Assembly (NCBI GenBank): GCA_965221305.1
Contig: OZ244881.1
Location: 3,542,091-3,606,090 of the forward strand
DNA from: Vicinamibacterales bacterium
Lineage (GTDB): Bacteria > Acidobacteriota > Vicinamibacteria > Vicinamibacterales > UBA8438
Direction of reading: 5' to 3'
DNA: 64,000 nucleotides
A program made the position numbers and the translations under genes. Each line of letters opens with the position of its first letter. Positions within the stretch are counted from its first letter, which is position 1. Below, piece after piece: positions 1 through 9,117 of this stretch. The notes beneath the pieces were generated by a model. The model worked only from the letters and a program-made list of their open reading frames with translations. It did no database searches and was not told the DNA's origin.

Positions 1-2
1 GT

Positions 3-1358
3 TATTTCTCGATCGTGCGGCAGAGCTTCTTCGGCCCTTCGATCAACCCCAACCCGGTCCGCGAGCAGGACGACGAGGACTTCGTGGTGGCGGCTCGCGT
101 GAGGCGGGCGGGGCCTGCCTCGATGCCGCCGGGGGCGGACGAGGCGCCTGCGGGCGAGGCGGCCGGGAGCGAAGACGCCGCGGAGGGCGACGAGACCGCC
201 GCGACGGAAGAGTCGGCAACTGCGCCGGCCGCGGAGGACGCTGCGGCCACCGCCGCCGCGGAGCCGGCCGCGCCCGCGGACGGGGCGCCGGGCGAGTCCG
301 AATCGTCGGCCGCATCGGCGTCGTCGAACGAAGCGGAGGCCGCGGAAACGGAGACAGCGGCCGTAGGAGCTGCGGCAGAGTCGCAGCCCGAAACGTCGGG
401 CGAGTCCGAATTGTCGGCCGAATCCGTGGCGTCGTCGGATGAACCTTCGGAGACGCAGCCGCCAACAGAGCCCGGCGAGTCCGCTCCGTCGGGCCAGGGG
501 GCGGGAGCCGCGACCGGCACGGAGGCGATCGAGCCGGGCGCCTCCGAGCAGGACGCCGCCGGCGAGCCCGAGCTGCAGCAGGACGCGGCGCCGGCCCGGG
601 AGCCCGAAGCGGTCGAGCCGGATCCGGCGGAGCCCGAGGCCCCGGCCGCCGTCGCCGCCGTTGGGGGCGAGTCTCCCGAGGCGGAAGAGCTCGACCTGAC
701 CGCGAACGATGAGGGCGAGTCCGGATCGGACTGGGCCACGGAGGGCCCCCTGAACGTCGTGGTGGTCGCGGACCTCGATTTCATCAGCGAGCAGTTCTTC
801 CAGATTCGCGAGGTGGCCCCCGGCAACCTCAACTTCGACAACGTGACGTTCTTCCTGAACGCGATGGACTCGCTGCTCGAGGACGACTCGTTCATCGGGC
901 TGCGCAGCCGGCGCGCCCGCCACCGGACGTTGGAGCAGGTCGAGGCCCAGACCGCCGAGTTCATCGAGCAGCGCACCCTCGACGAGCAGCAGGCGGAAGA
1001 AGAGGCGGAGCAGGCGCTGACCGAGGCCCAGAACCGGCTGAACGAGCGGGTGGCCGAGGTGCAGAACCGCACCGACATCGACGCGCAGGCCAAGCAGATC
1101 ATGGCCCGCAACCTCGAGGAGGTCGAGAACCGCCGGCTGGCGGTGCTGTCGACCAACATCGAGACCGAGAAGCAGACGAAGATCCGGGCCAGCCTCGAGC
1201 GGATGGAGACCCAGATCCGCCGCATCCAGAGCTCGATCAAGACGTTCGCGATCCTGCTGCCGCCGGTGCCGGTGTTCGCCCTCGGCGTGGCGATCTTCGT
1301 GCGCCGGCAGCGGCGCGAGCGCGAGGGCGCGGCCGCGGCTCGGCGCCTGCGGGACTGA
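3..1358 (+). CDS. GldG-like ABC-transporter auxiliary protein, C-terminal part (5' end outside window)
   Basis: The frame is open from the window edge. The C-terminal half ([29 protein letters not shown], long coiled-coil, terminal TM helix [19 protein letters not shown] then RRQRRE) fits my recollection of GldG/ABC_transp_aux proteins. It is followed by a DUF4340 gene, as is typical. nt ~60-720 encode a long acidic A/E/S/P-rich insert. Confidence 0.6.
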   Translation, partial: YFSIVRQSFFGPSINPNPVREQDDEDFVVAARVRRAGPASMPPGADEAPAGEAAGSEDAAEGDETAATEESATAPAAEDAAATAAAEPAAPADGAPGESESSAASASSNEAEAAETETAAVGAAAESQPETSGESELSAESVASSDEPSETQPPTEPGESAPSGQGAGAATGTEAIEPGASEQDAAGEPELQQDAAPAREPEAVEPDPAEPEAPAAVAAVGGESPEAEELDLTANDEGESGSDWATEGPLNVVVVADLDFISEQFFQIREVAPGNLNFDNVTFFLNAMDSLLEDDSFIGLRSRRARHRTLEQVEAQTAEFIEQRTLDEQQAEEEAEQALTEAQNRLNERVAEVQNRTDIDAQAKQIMARNLEEVENRRLAVLSTNIETEKQTKIRASLERMETQIRRIQSSIKTFAILLPPVPVFALGVAIFVRRQRREREGAAAARRLRD

Positions 1359-1422
1359 GCCGCTTCACGTTCCGGGGAAGCCGGGCGCGGATCGCGCTGG
1401 CTTCGATCGACGGAGTGGAACC

Positions 1423-3105
1423 ATGACGGAGCTGGAAAAGACGACGGCATTCGGCGGCGCGGCCATCCTCGTCGTCGCCCTCGCCCTCGCCACCGCGCCG
1501 AGCCGCTCGGCGCCGGACGCGTTCTTCGACGTCGGCGAGACCTTCTTCCCCGACTTCACGGACCCCGAGGCGGCCACGTCGCTCGAGGTCGTCGAGTTCG
1601 ACGAGGACACCGCCGCCGCCGCCGTCTTCCGGGTGATGAACCGGAACGGCCTGTGGACCATTCCCTCGCATCACGACTACCCCGCCGACGGGGCGGAGCG
1701 GCTCGCGAGCACCGCGGCCGGCATGATCGCCATCACCAAGGACGACTTCCGCTCCGACAACGTGACCGACCACGAGGCGTTCGGGGTCATCGATCCCCTC
1801 GACGAGACCGTGAGCACCCTGCGCGGACGCGGGCGCCGGGTCACCTTCCGGGGGGCGAGCGAGGAGGTGCTGGCCGACCTCGTCATCGGCGACCCGGTCG
1901 AGGGGCGGCCGGGGCTGAACTTCGTGCGCGTGCCCGACCAGAACCGCGTCTACGCGGCGAGGACCGACATCGGCATCTCGACCGACTTCAGCGACTGGAT
2001 CGAGACCAACCTGCTCGGCGTCGAGCGCGACGACGTCAAGCGGGTCGAACTGAACGAGTACCAGGTCGACGAGCGCACCGGCAGCGTGGTGCGGCGGGGC
2101 GAGTTCATCGTCGACTGGGTCGAGCAGGACGTGTGGACGGGCAACGACGTGCCCGAGGGGAAGGAGGTCGACTACGTGCAGATGAACCTGCTCGTGGGCG
2201 GCCTGATGGGGCTGAGAATCGTCGGAGTGCGTCCCAAGCCCGAGGGCCTGTCGGGCAACCTTCGGCAGGCGTTCGAGGCGCGCACCATCACCAACGCCGA
2301 CCTGCAGACGATGCAGGCGCGGGGCTTCTATCCGACCCAGGCCGGCGACATGTTGTCCAACGAGGGCGAGCTGAAGGTCCGCACCGACCTCGGGGTGCTC
2401 TACACCCTGCGCTTCGGCGAGATCCTCTACGGCAGCGGCAACGCAGTGTCGATCGGCGACGAGACGAGCGACGACGAGGAGACCGGGGGCGGCGAGAACC
2501 GCTACGTCCTCATCAACGCCGAGTTCGACGCCGAGGCCCTCCCGGAGCCCGAGCGACCCGCCAACCGCGACTTCGACAACAAGGCAGAGTCGCAGTGGAC
2601 CGACGCCGACCGCGAGAATCGGGAGCGGGCGGACCTGCACGCGCAGTGGGAGCGCCGGACCGCCGACGGGCGCGCCCGCGCCGAGGAGCTCGCCACCCGT
2701 TTCGCGAGCTGGTACTACGTGATCTCCGCCGGCAGCTACAACCGGGTGCACAAGACCCGCGACGAGCTCCTGAAGGACATCGAGGACGCCGATGCCGCCT
2801 TCGAAGAAGACGGCCTGCACGTCGAGCCGGCCGCACCGGCCGCGCCGGTCGAGCCCGAGGAGGAGGCCGCGCCCGCCGCGCCCGCCTTGGAAGCCGAGAC
2901 CGCCGAGCCTGCCGCTTCGACCGGCGCCGCCGAACCGGCCGAGCCTGCCGCGGCGCCGGCCGAGCCTGCCGCGGCGCCAGCCGAGCCCGCCGAACCGGCC
3001 GAGCCAGCCGCTTCGACCGACCCCGCGGCGCCGGCCGAGCCTGCTGCACCGGCCGAGCCGGCCGCACCGGCCGAGCCGGCCGAGCCCGCCGCGCCGCCCG
3101 CGTAG
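1423..3105 (+). CDS. DUF4340 domain-containing protein with PAEPA-repeat C-terminal tail
   Basis: 560 aa ORF with an N-terminal TM/signal ([13 protein letters not shown]). Its position directly after a GldG-like gene and its overall sequence resemble DUF4340 family members (from memory). The last ~90 aa are low-complexity (PAEPA)n. Confidence 0.6.
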   Translation: MTELEKTTAFGGAAILVVALALATAPSRSAPDAFFDVGETFFPDFTDPEAATSLEVVEFDEDTAAAAVFRVMNRNGLWTIPSHHDYPADGAERLASTAAGMIAITKDDFRSDNVTDHEAFGVIDPLDETVSTLRGRGRRVTFRGASEEVLADLVIGDPVEGRPGLNFVRVPDQNRVYAARTDIGISTDFSDWIETNLLGVERDDVKRVELNEYQVDERTGSVVRRGEFIVDWVEQDVWTGNDVPEGKEVDYVQMNLLVGGLMGLRIVGVRPKPEGLSGNLRQAFEARTITNADLQTMQARGFYPTQAGDMLSNEGELKVRTDLGVLYTLRFGEILYGSGNAVSIGDETSDDEETGGGENRYVLINAEFDAEALPEPERPANRDFDNKAESQWTDADRENRERADLHAQWERRTADGRARAEELATRFASWYYVISAGSYNRVHKTRDELLKDIEDADAAFEEDGLHVEPAAPAAPVEPEEEAAPAAPALEAETAEPAASTGAAEPAEPAAAPAEPAAAPAEPAEPAEPAASTDPAAPAEPAAPAEPAAPAEPAEPAAPPA

Positions 3106-3182
3106 CCCGCGGCGTCGGACCGCCGTCGCCGCGATCACGAACCGCCGCCGCCCGCGGCCGATGTCGCGGGACAGGAAACCGC

Positions 3183-4568
3183 ATGGGCAGGACACTACTG
3201 AAGAAGGTCTGGGACCTCCACACGGTTCGCCCCCTGTCGACGGGTCAGACGCAGCTCTTCATCGGGCTGCACCTGATTCACGAGGTGACGACGCCGCAGG
3301 CGTTCGATATGCTGCGGTCGCGCGGCATCGGCGTGGCGTTCCCCGAGCGGACGTTCGCCACCACCGACCACATCATTCCCACCCTCGACCAGGCGAGACC
3401 GTTCGCCGACCCCCTGGCCGAGGCGATGCTCTCGGCCCTCGAGCGGAACTGCCGGGAGTTCGGCATTCCGCTCTGGAACCTCGACAGCGAGCGCCAGGGC
3501 ATCGTGCACGTCATCGGGCCCGAGCTGGGGCTCACCCAACCCGGCATGACCATCGCGTGCGGCGACAGCCACACTTCGACCCACGGCGCGCTGGGCGCCG
3601 TCGCGCTCGGCATCGGGACCTCGCAGGTGCGCGACGTGCTGGCCTCCCAGTCGCTGGCCATGAGTCCCCTCAAGGTGAGGCGCATCTCCGTCGACGGCGA
3701 GCTGGCGCCCGGCGTGTTCGCCAAGGACGTGGTGCTCGAGATCATCCACCGGCTCGGGGTGAAGGGCGGCGTCGGGCACGCCTACGAGTACGGCGGCGCC
3801 GTCGTCGACGGCATGAGCATCGACGAGCGCCTCACGGTCTGCAACATGTCGATCGAGGGCGGGGCGCGGGTCGGCTACGTGAACCCCGACGAGACGACGT
3901 TCGACTACCTGCGCGGGCGGCCGTTCGCGCCGGCCGGCGAGGCGTTCGACCGGGCCGTGTCGTGGTGGCGCTCGATGGCCTCGGACCCGGGGGCGGACTA
4001 CGACGACGTCGTCGAGATCGACGGCGCCGGCATCGAGCCGCGGGTGACCTGGGGCATCAATCCCGGCCAGTCGGTGGGGGTGAGCGAGCGCATCCCGGCG
4101 GCGGGGTCGAACGGCGGGGTGGCCGAGGCCCTGGCGTTCATGGGGCTCACCGGTGGCGATCCTATCCGGGGCACGAAGATCGACGTCGCCTTCGTCGGGT
4201 CCTGCACCAACTCGCGCCTGTCGGACCTGCGCGAGGCGGCGCGCATCGCGAAGGGGCAGCGGGTGGCGCGCCGCGTGAAGGCGCTGGTCGTGCCCGGCTC
4301 CGTGGCGGTGCGGGCGGCGGCCGAGGCGGAGGGCCTCGACCAGGTGTTCCGCGAGGCGGGGTTCGAGTGGCGCGGCGCGGGGTGCTCGATGTGCCTCGCC
4401 ATGAACCCCGACCGGCTCGAGGGCCGGCAGGTCTGCGCCTCGTCGTCGAACCGGAACTTCAAGGGGCGTCAGGGCAGCCCCACCGGCCGTACGCTGCTCA
4501 TGAGCCCCGCGATGGTCGCCGCCGCCGCGGTGGCCGGCGAGGTGACCGACGTGCGAACGGTGCTGTAG
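3183..4568 (+). CDS. leuC: 3-isopropylmalate dehydratase large subunit
   Basis: Starts at the internal ATG ([13 protein letters not shown]..) of track ORF 1653..4568. Classic aconitase-family LeuC motifs are present ([30 protein letters not shown]). The upstream part of the ORF is R/G/P-rich junk. Confidence 0.95.
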   Translation: MGRTLLKKVWDLHTVRPLSTGQTQLFIGLHLIHEVTTPQAFDMLRSRGIGVAFPERTFATTDHIIPTLDQARPFADPLAEAMLSALERNCREFGIPLWNLDSERQGIVHVIGPELGLTQPGMTIACGDSHTSTHGALGAVALGIGTSQVRDVLASQSLAMSPLKVRRISVDGELAPGVFAKDVVLEIIHRLGVKGGVGHAYEYGGAVVDGMSIDERLTVCNMSIEGGARVGYVNPDETTFDYLRGRPFAPAGEAFDRAVSWWRSMASDPGADYDDVVEIDGAGIEPRVTWGINPGQSVGVSERIPAAGSNGGVAEALAFMGLTGGDPIRGTKIDVAFVGSCTNSRLSDLREAARIAKGQRVARRVKALVVPGSVAVRAAAEAEGLDQVFREAGFEWRGAGCSMCLAMNPDRLEGRQVCASSSNRNFKGRQGSPTGRTLLMSPAMVAAAAVAGEVTDVRTVL

Positions 4569-4651
4569 ACGCGTGAGCCGGCGCCGGAGAACGGCGCTGA
4601 CGCCCGGCGGATTCTCCGGGTGGCAATCGGCCGGACGGCGGCGTAAGCCCG

Positions 4652-5302
4652 GTGAGTGAGGATGGCCGGGTAGGCCCCGCCGGCGGCGAAGCGGACGGGA
4701 GGGAACCGTTGTCCAGGCGCGAGATCGACCGCATCGAAGGTACCGGAATACCCGTGCGCGGCGACAACATCGACACCGACCGCATCATTCCCGCGCGGTT
4801 CCTGAAGGCGATAACCTTCGATGGGCTCGGCGACCACGTCTTCGAGGACGATCGCGCGGCCATGCCCGATCACCCGTTCTCGAACCCCGCCTACGCGGGG
4901 GCGCGGATCCTGCTCGTGAACGAAAACTTCGGCTCCGGCTCGTCCCGCGAGCATGCCCCGCAGGCGCTGAAGCGCTGGGGCATCGGCGCGTGCGTCGGCG
5001 AGTCGTTCGCCGAGATCTTCCGGGGGAACTCGCTCGCCATCGGCCTCGCGTGCGTGACCGCCCCGCGTGACAGGATCGGTGGGCTGATGACCCGGGTCGA
5101 GACGGCTCCCGCCACTTCCCTGACCTTGTCGCTCTCCGAGCGCGTCCTCGACGCGGGAGGGGAGCGCGTCGCCGTCGGCGTCGAGGACCAGGTGCGCGAC
5201 GCCCTCCTCTCGGGGACGTGGGACGCCACGGGGCTGCTCCTCGACGACTTCGATGTCGTCCGCGGGGTCGCGTCCCGCGTGCCCTACGTCCGCGGCTTCT
5301 GA
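4652..5302 (+). CDS. leuD: 3-isopropylmalate dehydratase small subunit
   Basis: 216 aa. Shows VRGDNIDTDRIIPARFLK and NFGSGSSREHAPQAL motifs. Lies directly downstream of leuC. Confidence 0.9.
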   Translation: MSEDGRVGPAGGEADGREPLSRREIDRIEGTGIPVRGDNIDTDRIIPARFLKAITFDGLGDHVFEDDRAAMPDHPFSNPAYAGARILLVNENFGSGSSREHAPQALKRWGIGACVGESFAEIFRGNSLAIGLACVTAPRDRIGGLMTRVETAPATSLTLSLSERVLDAGGERVAVGVEDQVRDALLSGTWDATGLLLDDFDVVRGVASRVPYVRGF

Positions 5303-5378
5303 ACCGCCGGCGCCGGCCGTCCGGGCACGGCGCGGCCTCCCGTCTGCCCGGCTCGACCGCCCAGCCCGTCCCTCGCCG

Positions 5379-5570
5379 CCTCGGCTCCGTCCGGCGCCAA
5401 CCGACCCTCCGGGGATCCGCCCCGCTTCATGAGGAGATCCCCGGTGTCGCCGACGCGGCTTGCGGGGCAGGCGCCTCGGCTCCGTTCGGCGCCCAACCGA
5501 CCCTCCGGGGATCAGCGCCGCCTCATGAGGAGATCCCCGGTTTCGTCGCCGCGGCTTGCGGGGAGGGCGC
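5379..5570. repeat. Tandem duplication, 2 x ~95 bp, each unit with a 9-bp inverted repeat
   Basis: The unit cctcggctccgt(c/t)cggcgcc(c)aaccgaccctccggggatc..N18..gatccccgg..gcggcttgcgggg occurs twice back to back (starts ~5379 and ~5474). Each unit carries the hairpin CCGGGGATC-N18-GATCCCCGG. It lies in the convergent leuD/LysR gap, and copy 2 overlaps the LysR 3' end. Confidence 0.85.
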
Positions 5571-6479
5571 CGCCCGGCTGCCGCGGGGCCGTCTCCCGTC
5601 GGCCGCGTGCGCCCGGGCCGCCTCGAGAAAGGCGGCGGCGGCATGCGACGACTCCCCGGTCCGCCGATGGACGAGCCGCAGGTCGCGGGGAGCGCGCAAC
5701 TCGGGCACCGGAACCGCCGCGAGCTGCCCCCGGGCGATCTCCGAGAGCGCGCACCGTCGCGGCAGCAGCGCCACCCCCAGGTCCATCTCGACCGCCCGCT
5801 TGATGCCGTCGAGACTCGGCAGCGAGAGCTGGATGTTGATCGACGCGTGCTGCTCTTCGAAGAGCCGCAGGACGAGGTCGCGCCGCGGCGACGGGTCGTT
5901 GTGCGCGATGACCGTCTGTCGCCCGAACTCGCTCATCGTGATGGCGCGGCGTCGCGCCAGCGGATGCTCCGGATGGGTCAGCATCACCAGCTCGTCGACA
6001 CCCAGCCGCACCGACCTCAGCCCCCGCTCGCCGGGCGGATAGGTCACCAGGCCGAAGTCGAGGCTGCGGTCCAGAACCTCGCCCGGAATCTGCCGCGAGT
6101 GCACCCGCCGCATCTCGACCTGGGCGTGGGGGTGCTCCTGCCGGAACTGCACGACGATGGGCAGCAGCACGTGGACGGCTGCCTCGTTCACGCCGACGAC
6201 CACCCGTCCGCGCCGCAGCTCCTGCAGCTCGCGCACCGCCTCCACCGCCTCGTTCCCGAGGCGCGACATCCGCTCGGCGTAGTCGAGCAGGACCGCGCCC
6301 GTCTCGGTCAGCCGCCCGCCCTTCGACGACCGGTCGAACAGTCGCTCGCCGAGCTCGTCCTCCAACCGACGGATCGCCTGACTCACCGCAGGCTGGGTGC
6401 GGTGCAGCCGCGCCGCCGCCCGAGAGAAGCTCCGCTCGGCCGCGACCACCTGGAACACCTGAAGCTCGTACAGTTCCAT
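5523..6479 (-). CDS. LysR family transcriptional regulator
   Basis: N-terminal HTH MELYELQVFQVVAAERSFSRAAARLHRTQPAVSQAIRRLEDELG plus a LysR substrate-binding-like remainder. The ATG at 6479 is preceded by GGAAGG. The track ORF start at 6500 is an alternative. Confidence 0.9.
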   Translation of the reverse strand: MELYELQVFQVVAAERSFSRAAARLHRTQPAVSQAIRRLEDELGERLFDRSSKGGRLTETGAVLLDYAERMSRLGNEAVEAVRELQELRRGRVVVGVNEAAVHVLLPIVVQFRQEHPHAQVEMRRVHSRQIPGEVLDRSLDFGLVTYPPGERGLRSVRLGVDELVMLTHPEHPLARRRAITMSEFGRQTVIAHNDPSPRRDLVLRLFEEQHASINIQLSLPSLDGIKRAVEMDLGVALLPRRCALSEIARGQLAAVPVPELRAPRDLRLVHRRTGESSHAAAAFLEAARAHAADGRRPRGSRAAPSPQAAATKPGISS

Positions 6480-6502
6480 TTCGCCGCCTTCCATAAGCAA
6501 GT

Positions 6503-6527
6503 ATTATCAAATCGTAACGATTATAAG
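6503..6527. promoter_or_regulatory. Imperfect palindrome in the LysR/leuA divergent intergenic region (candidate LysR operator)
   Basis: TTATCAAATCGTAACGATTATAA (ATCG-TAA-CGAT core) sits inside the only AT-rich stretch between the divergent regulator and leuA. There is no experimental basis for this call. Confidence 0.3.
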
Positions 6528-6710
6528 CTTGACTTCTCGTCTGGCTGAACGTGAACTAGTAACGTGTCACACGAGCGAGCTGACGGTCGGCCCGTGAGCA
6601 GCCCGAGGCCTCAGCCCCGGGAACGGGGTCGGTTTCGGGCGGCAATCGGGGGCGTCGGCGGCGATTTTGCGGGCTGCTGACGAAGAGACGAGAATCGAGG
6701 GAGAGACACC

Positions 6711-7889
6711 GTGGCGGACGACAGACTGATCATCTTCGACACCACCTTGCGGGACGGCGAGCAGGCCCCCGGCTTCTCGATGAACACGGCCGAGAAGCTG
6801 CAGCTCGCGCGGCAGCTCCAGGTGCTGGGGGTCGACGTGATGGAGGCGGGGTTCCCGATCGCGTCGAAGGACGACGCCGAGGCGGTGCGCCTCATCGCCG
6901 CCGAGATCGACGGACCGGTCATCGCCGGCCTCGCCCGGTGCAACCCCGCCGACATCGAGTGCGCCGCCGAGTCGGTGAAGCCGGCCCGGCGATCGCGCAT
7001 CCACACGTTCATCGCCACGTCCGACCTGCACCTCGAGCGGAAGCTGCGCATTTCGCGCGAGGAGTGCCTGCAGTCCGTGGTCGACAACGTGAAGCTGGCC
7101 CGCTCGTTCACCGACGACGTGGAGTTCTCGGCCGAGGACGCGACGCGCAGCGACACCGACTTCCTGTGCCGGGTGGTCGAGACCGCCATCGACCGGGGGG
7201 CGACGACGATCAACCTGCCCGACACCGTCGGCTACTCCACGGCGGACGAGATCGAGCAGTTCTTCACCGGCATCATCGGGCGCGTCCCCAACGCCGACAA
7301 GGCCGTGTTCAGCGCCCACTGCCACGACGACCTCGGGCTGGCGGTGGCCAACTCGCTCGCCGCGGTGCGCGCCGGCTGCCGCCAGATCGAATGCACCGTC
7401 AACGGCATCGGCGAGCGGGCCGGCAACGCGTCGCTCGAAGAGCTGGTGATGGTGACGCGGGTGCGGAACGACCGGATGCCGTACGCTACGGGCATCCGGA
7501 CCACCGAGATCTACCCCACGAGCCGCCTGCTGTCCGAGCTGACCCACGAGCCGGTGCAGGCCAACAAGGCCATCGTCGGCCGGAACGCCTTCGCCCACGA
7601 GGCGGGCATCCACCAGGACGGGGTCATCAAGGACCGGCGCACCTACGAGATCATGCGCCCGGCCGACGTCGGGGTGGCCCAGTCGACCCTGGTGCTCGGC
7701 AAGCACTCGGGCCGCCACGCCGTCAAGCAGCGGTGCGAGCAGCTCGGTTTCGATCTGAGCCGCCTCGAGCTGGACCGCGTATATCGGGCCATGGTCGACC
7801 TCGCCGACCGCCGGAAGACGGTCGAGGACACCGACCTCGCCGCCATCGTCACCCGCCTGCAGGCCGACCAGTCGGCCGGCGCGGCCTGA
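6711..7889 (+). CDS. leuA: 2-isopropylmalate synthase, short form (catalytic TIM barrel plus subdomain only)
   Basis: Motifs FDTTLRDGEQAPG, HCHDDLGLAVANSLAAV and NGIGERAGNASLEE are present. It is only 392 aa and stops 9 nt before leuB, so no C-terminal LeuA_dimer/regulatory domain is encoded. Confidence 0.85.
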   Translation: MADDRLIIFDTTLRDGEQAPGFSMNTAEKLQLARQLQVLGVDVMEAGFPIASKDDAEAVRLIAAEIDGPVIAGLARCNPADIECAAESVKPARRSRIHTFIATSDLHLERKLRISREECLQSVVDNVKLARSFTDDVEFSAEDATRSDTDFLCRVVETAIDRGATTINLPDTVGYSTADEIEQFFTGIIGRVPNADKAVFSAHCHDDLGLAVANSLAAVRAGCRQIECTVNGIGERAGNASLEELVMVTRVRNDRMPYATGIRTTEIYPTSRLLSELTHEPVQANKAIVGRNAFAHEAGIHQDGVIKDRRTYEIMRPADVGVAQSTLVLGKHSGRHAVKQRCEQLGFDLSRLELDRVYRAMVDLADRRKTVEDTDLAAIVTRLQADQSAGAA

Positions 7890-7898
7890 GTCGGCGCG

Positions 7899-8987
7899 AT
7901 GAAGGCGACGATTGCCCTGCTGCCGGGCGACGGCATCGGACCGGAGGTCACGGCGGCGGCCGAGCAGGTCCTGCGAACCGTGGGCGAGCGGTTCGGCCAC
8001 GCGTTCACGATGACCTCGCATCCGGTGGGCGGGGCGGCCCTCCGCGCCGGCGGGCCGCCGCTGCCCGACGAGACCCGCGAGGCGTGTCTCGCCGCCGATG
8101 CGGTGCTGCTGGGGGCGGTGGGCGATCCGGCGTTCGATCGCGGGTCGAGCGAGGGGCGTCCGGAGACGGCGCTCCTGCAGTTGCGCCGGGCGCTCGGGGT
8201 GTTCGCCAACCTGCGGCCGGCGCGGGTGTGGCCCGGGCTCGAGGACGGCGGCGCGTTCAAGCCCGACCGCGTGGCGGAAGCGGACCTGCTCATCGTCCGC
8301 GAGCTGACCGGCGGCATCTACTACGGCGAGCCGCGCGGGGTGGCCGGCGACGGCCAGTCGGCGTTCAACACCATGCGGTACTCCCGGCCCGAGGTCGAGC
8401 GCATCGCCGAGGTCGCCTTCGAGAGCGCGCGGGCGCGCCGTTCGCGCGTGACGTCGGTGGACAAGGCCAACGTGCTCGAGACCTCCCGCCTTTGGCGCGA
8501 GGTGGTGACCGAGGTCGGTGCGCGTTACCCGGACGTAACGCTCGAGCACCAGTACGTCGACGCCTGCGCCCTCCTGCTCGCGACGAGCCCGAAGCAGTTC
8601 GACGTGGTGCTGTCCGGCAACCTCTTCGGCGACATCCTCTCGGACGAGGCCGGGGCCGTCGTCGGCTCGCTCGGGCTCCTGCCGTCGGCGAGCATCGGGG
8701 GACGCGGCGGGCTGTTCGAGCCCGTCCACGGGTCGGCCCCGTCGCTGGCGGGCCGGGACGTCGCCAACCCCGTCGGGGCCATCGCCTCGGCCGCGATGCT
8801 GCTGCGGCATGGCCTCGGGGCGCACGCGGAGGCCGATGCGGTCGAGCAGGCGATAGGATCGGCGCTGCGGGCCGGGCTCAGGACCGCCGACCTCGTGACC
8901 GACGGCGAGACGGCGCCGGCGAGCGGGTCCGCGATGGCCCGGGAGATAACGGCTCGCGTGAAGGACGGCGGGCCGCCCGAGGCGTGA
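7899..8987 (+). CDS. leuB: 3-isopropylmalate dehydrogenase
   Basis: 362 aa. Motifs LPGDGIGPEV, VRELTGGIYYG and NLFGDILSDEA are present. Confidence 0.95.
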   Translation: MKATIALLPGDGIGPEVTAAAEQVLRTVGERFGHAFTMTSHPVGGAALRAGGPPLPDETREACLAADAVLLGAVGDPAFDRGSSEGRPETALLQLRRALGVFANLRPARVWPGLEDGGAFKPDRVAEADLLIVRELTGGIYYGEPRGVAGDGQSAFNTMRYSRPEVERIAEVAFESARARRSRVTSVDKANVLETSRLWREVVTEVGARYPDVTLEHQYVDACALLLATSPKQFDVVLSGNLFGDILSDEAGAVVGSLGLLPSASIGGRGGLFEPVHGSAPSLAGRDVANPVGAIASAAMLLRHGLGAHAEADAVEQAIGSALRAGLRTADLVTDGETAPASGSAMAREITARVKDGGPPEA

Positions 8988-9117
8988 CCGGCGCGGGGCG
9001 GAGCCGTGTGAAGAGTCGTCGGTAAACGGCGCCCGCGGCGAATCCGTCTACTGACTGTCAAGGGCATTTCGTGCGGTTCCACGAACGGCGTCGTACGAAG
9101 TCGTCGAATCGACCATC

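Noticed and set aside
2830-3100. The periodic ccggccgagcc(t/c)gc(c/t) repeats at the end of the DUF4340 gene, considered as a possible non-coding array.
   Set aside because: They are in frame inside a CDS and encode a (PAEPA)n low-complexity tail. There is no spacer structure.
1653-3182. The N-terminal 510 codons of track ORF 1653..4568, which would make LeuC a 971-aa protein.
   Set aside because: This part overlaps the DUF4340 gene in another frame and is arginine-rich junk. Recognisable LeuC sequence begins at the ATG at 3183.
1237-3195. Many very long ORFs antisense or out of frame to recognisable genes. Examples: 2..1450(-), 1237..3195(-), 6567..8825(-), 6938..9025(+), 10030..11661(-), 12738..14201(-), 14358..16283(-), 21739..23619(-), 28641..30605(+), 29651..31852(+), 33952..35592(+), 36766..38238(+), 38748..40925(+), 41001..42569(+), 50255..52309(-), 52820..54748(-), 55362..57458(-), 57303..59396(+).
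   Set aside because: Their translations are R/G/P/A-rich low-complexity strings with no motifs. Each is fully overlapped by a gene with clear family signatures. Long spurious ORFs are expected at ~70% GC because stop codons are rare.
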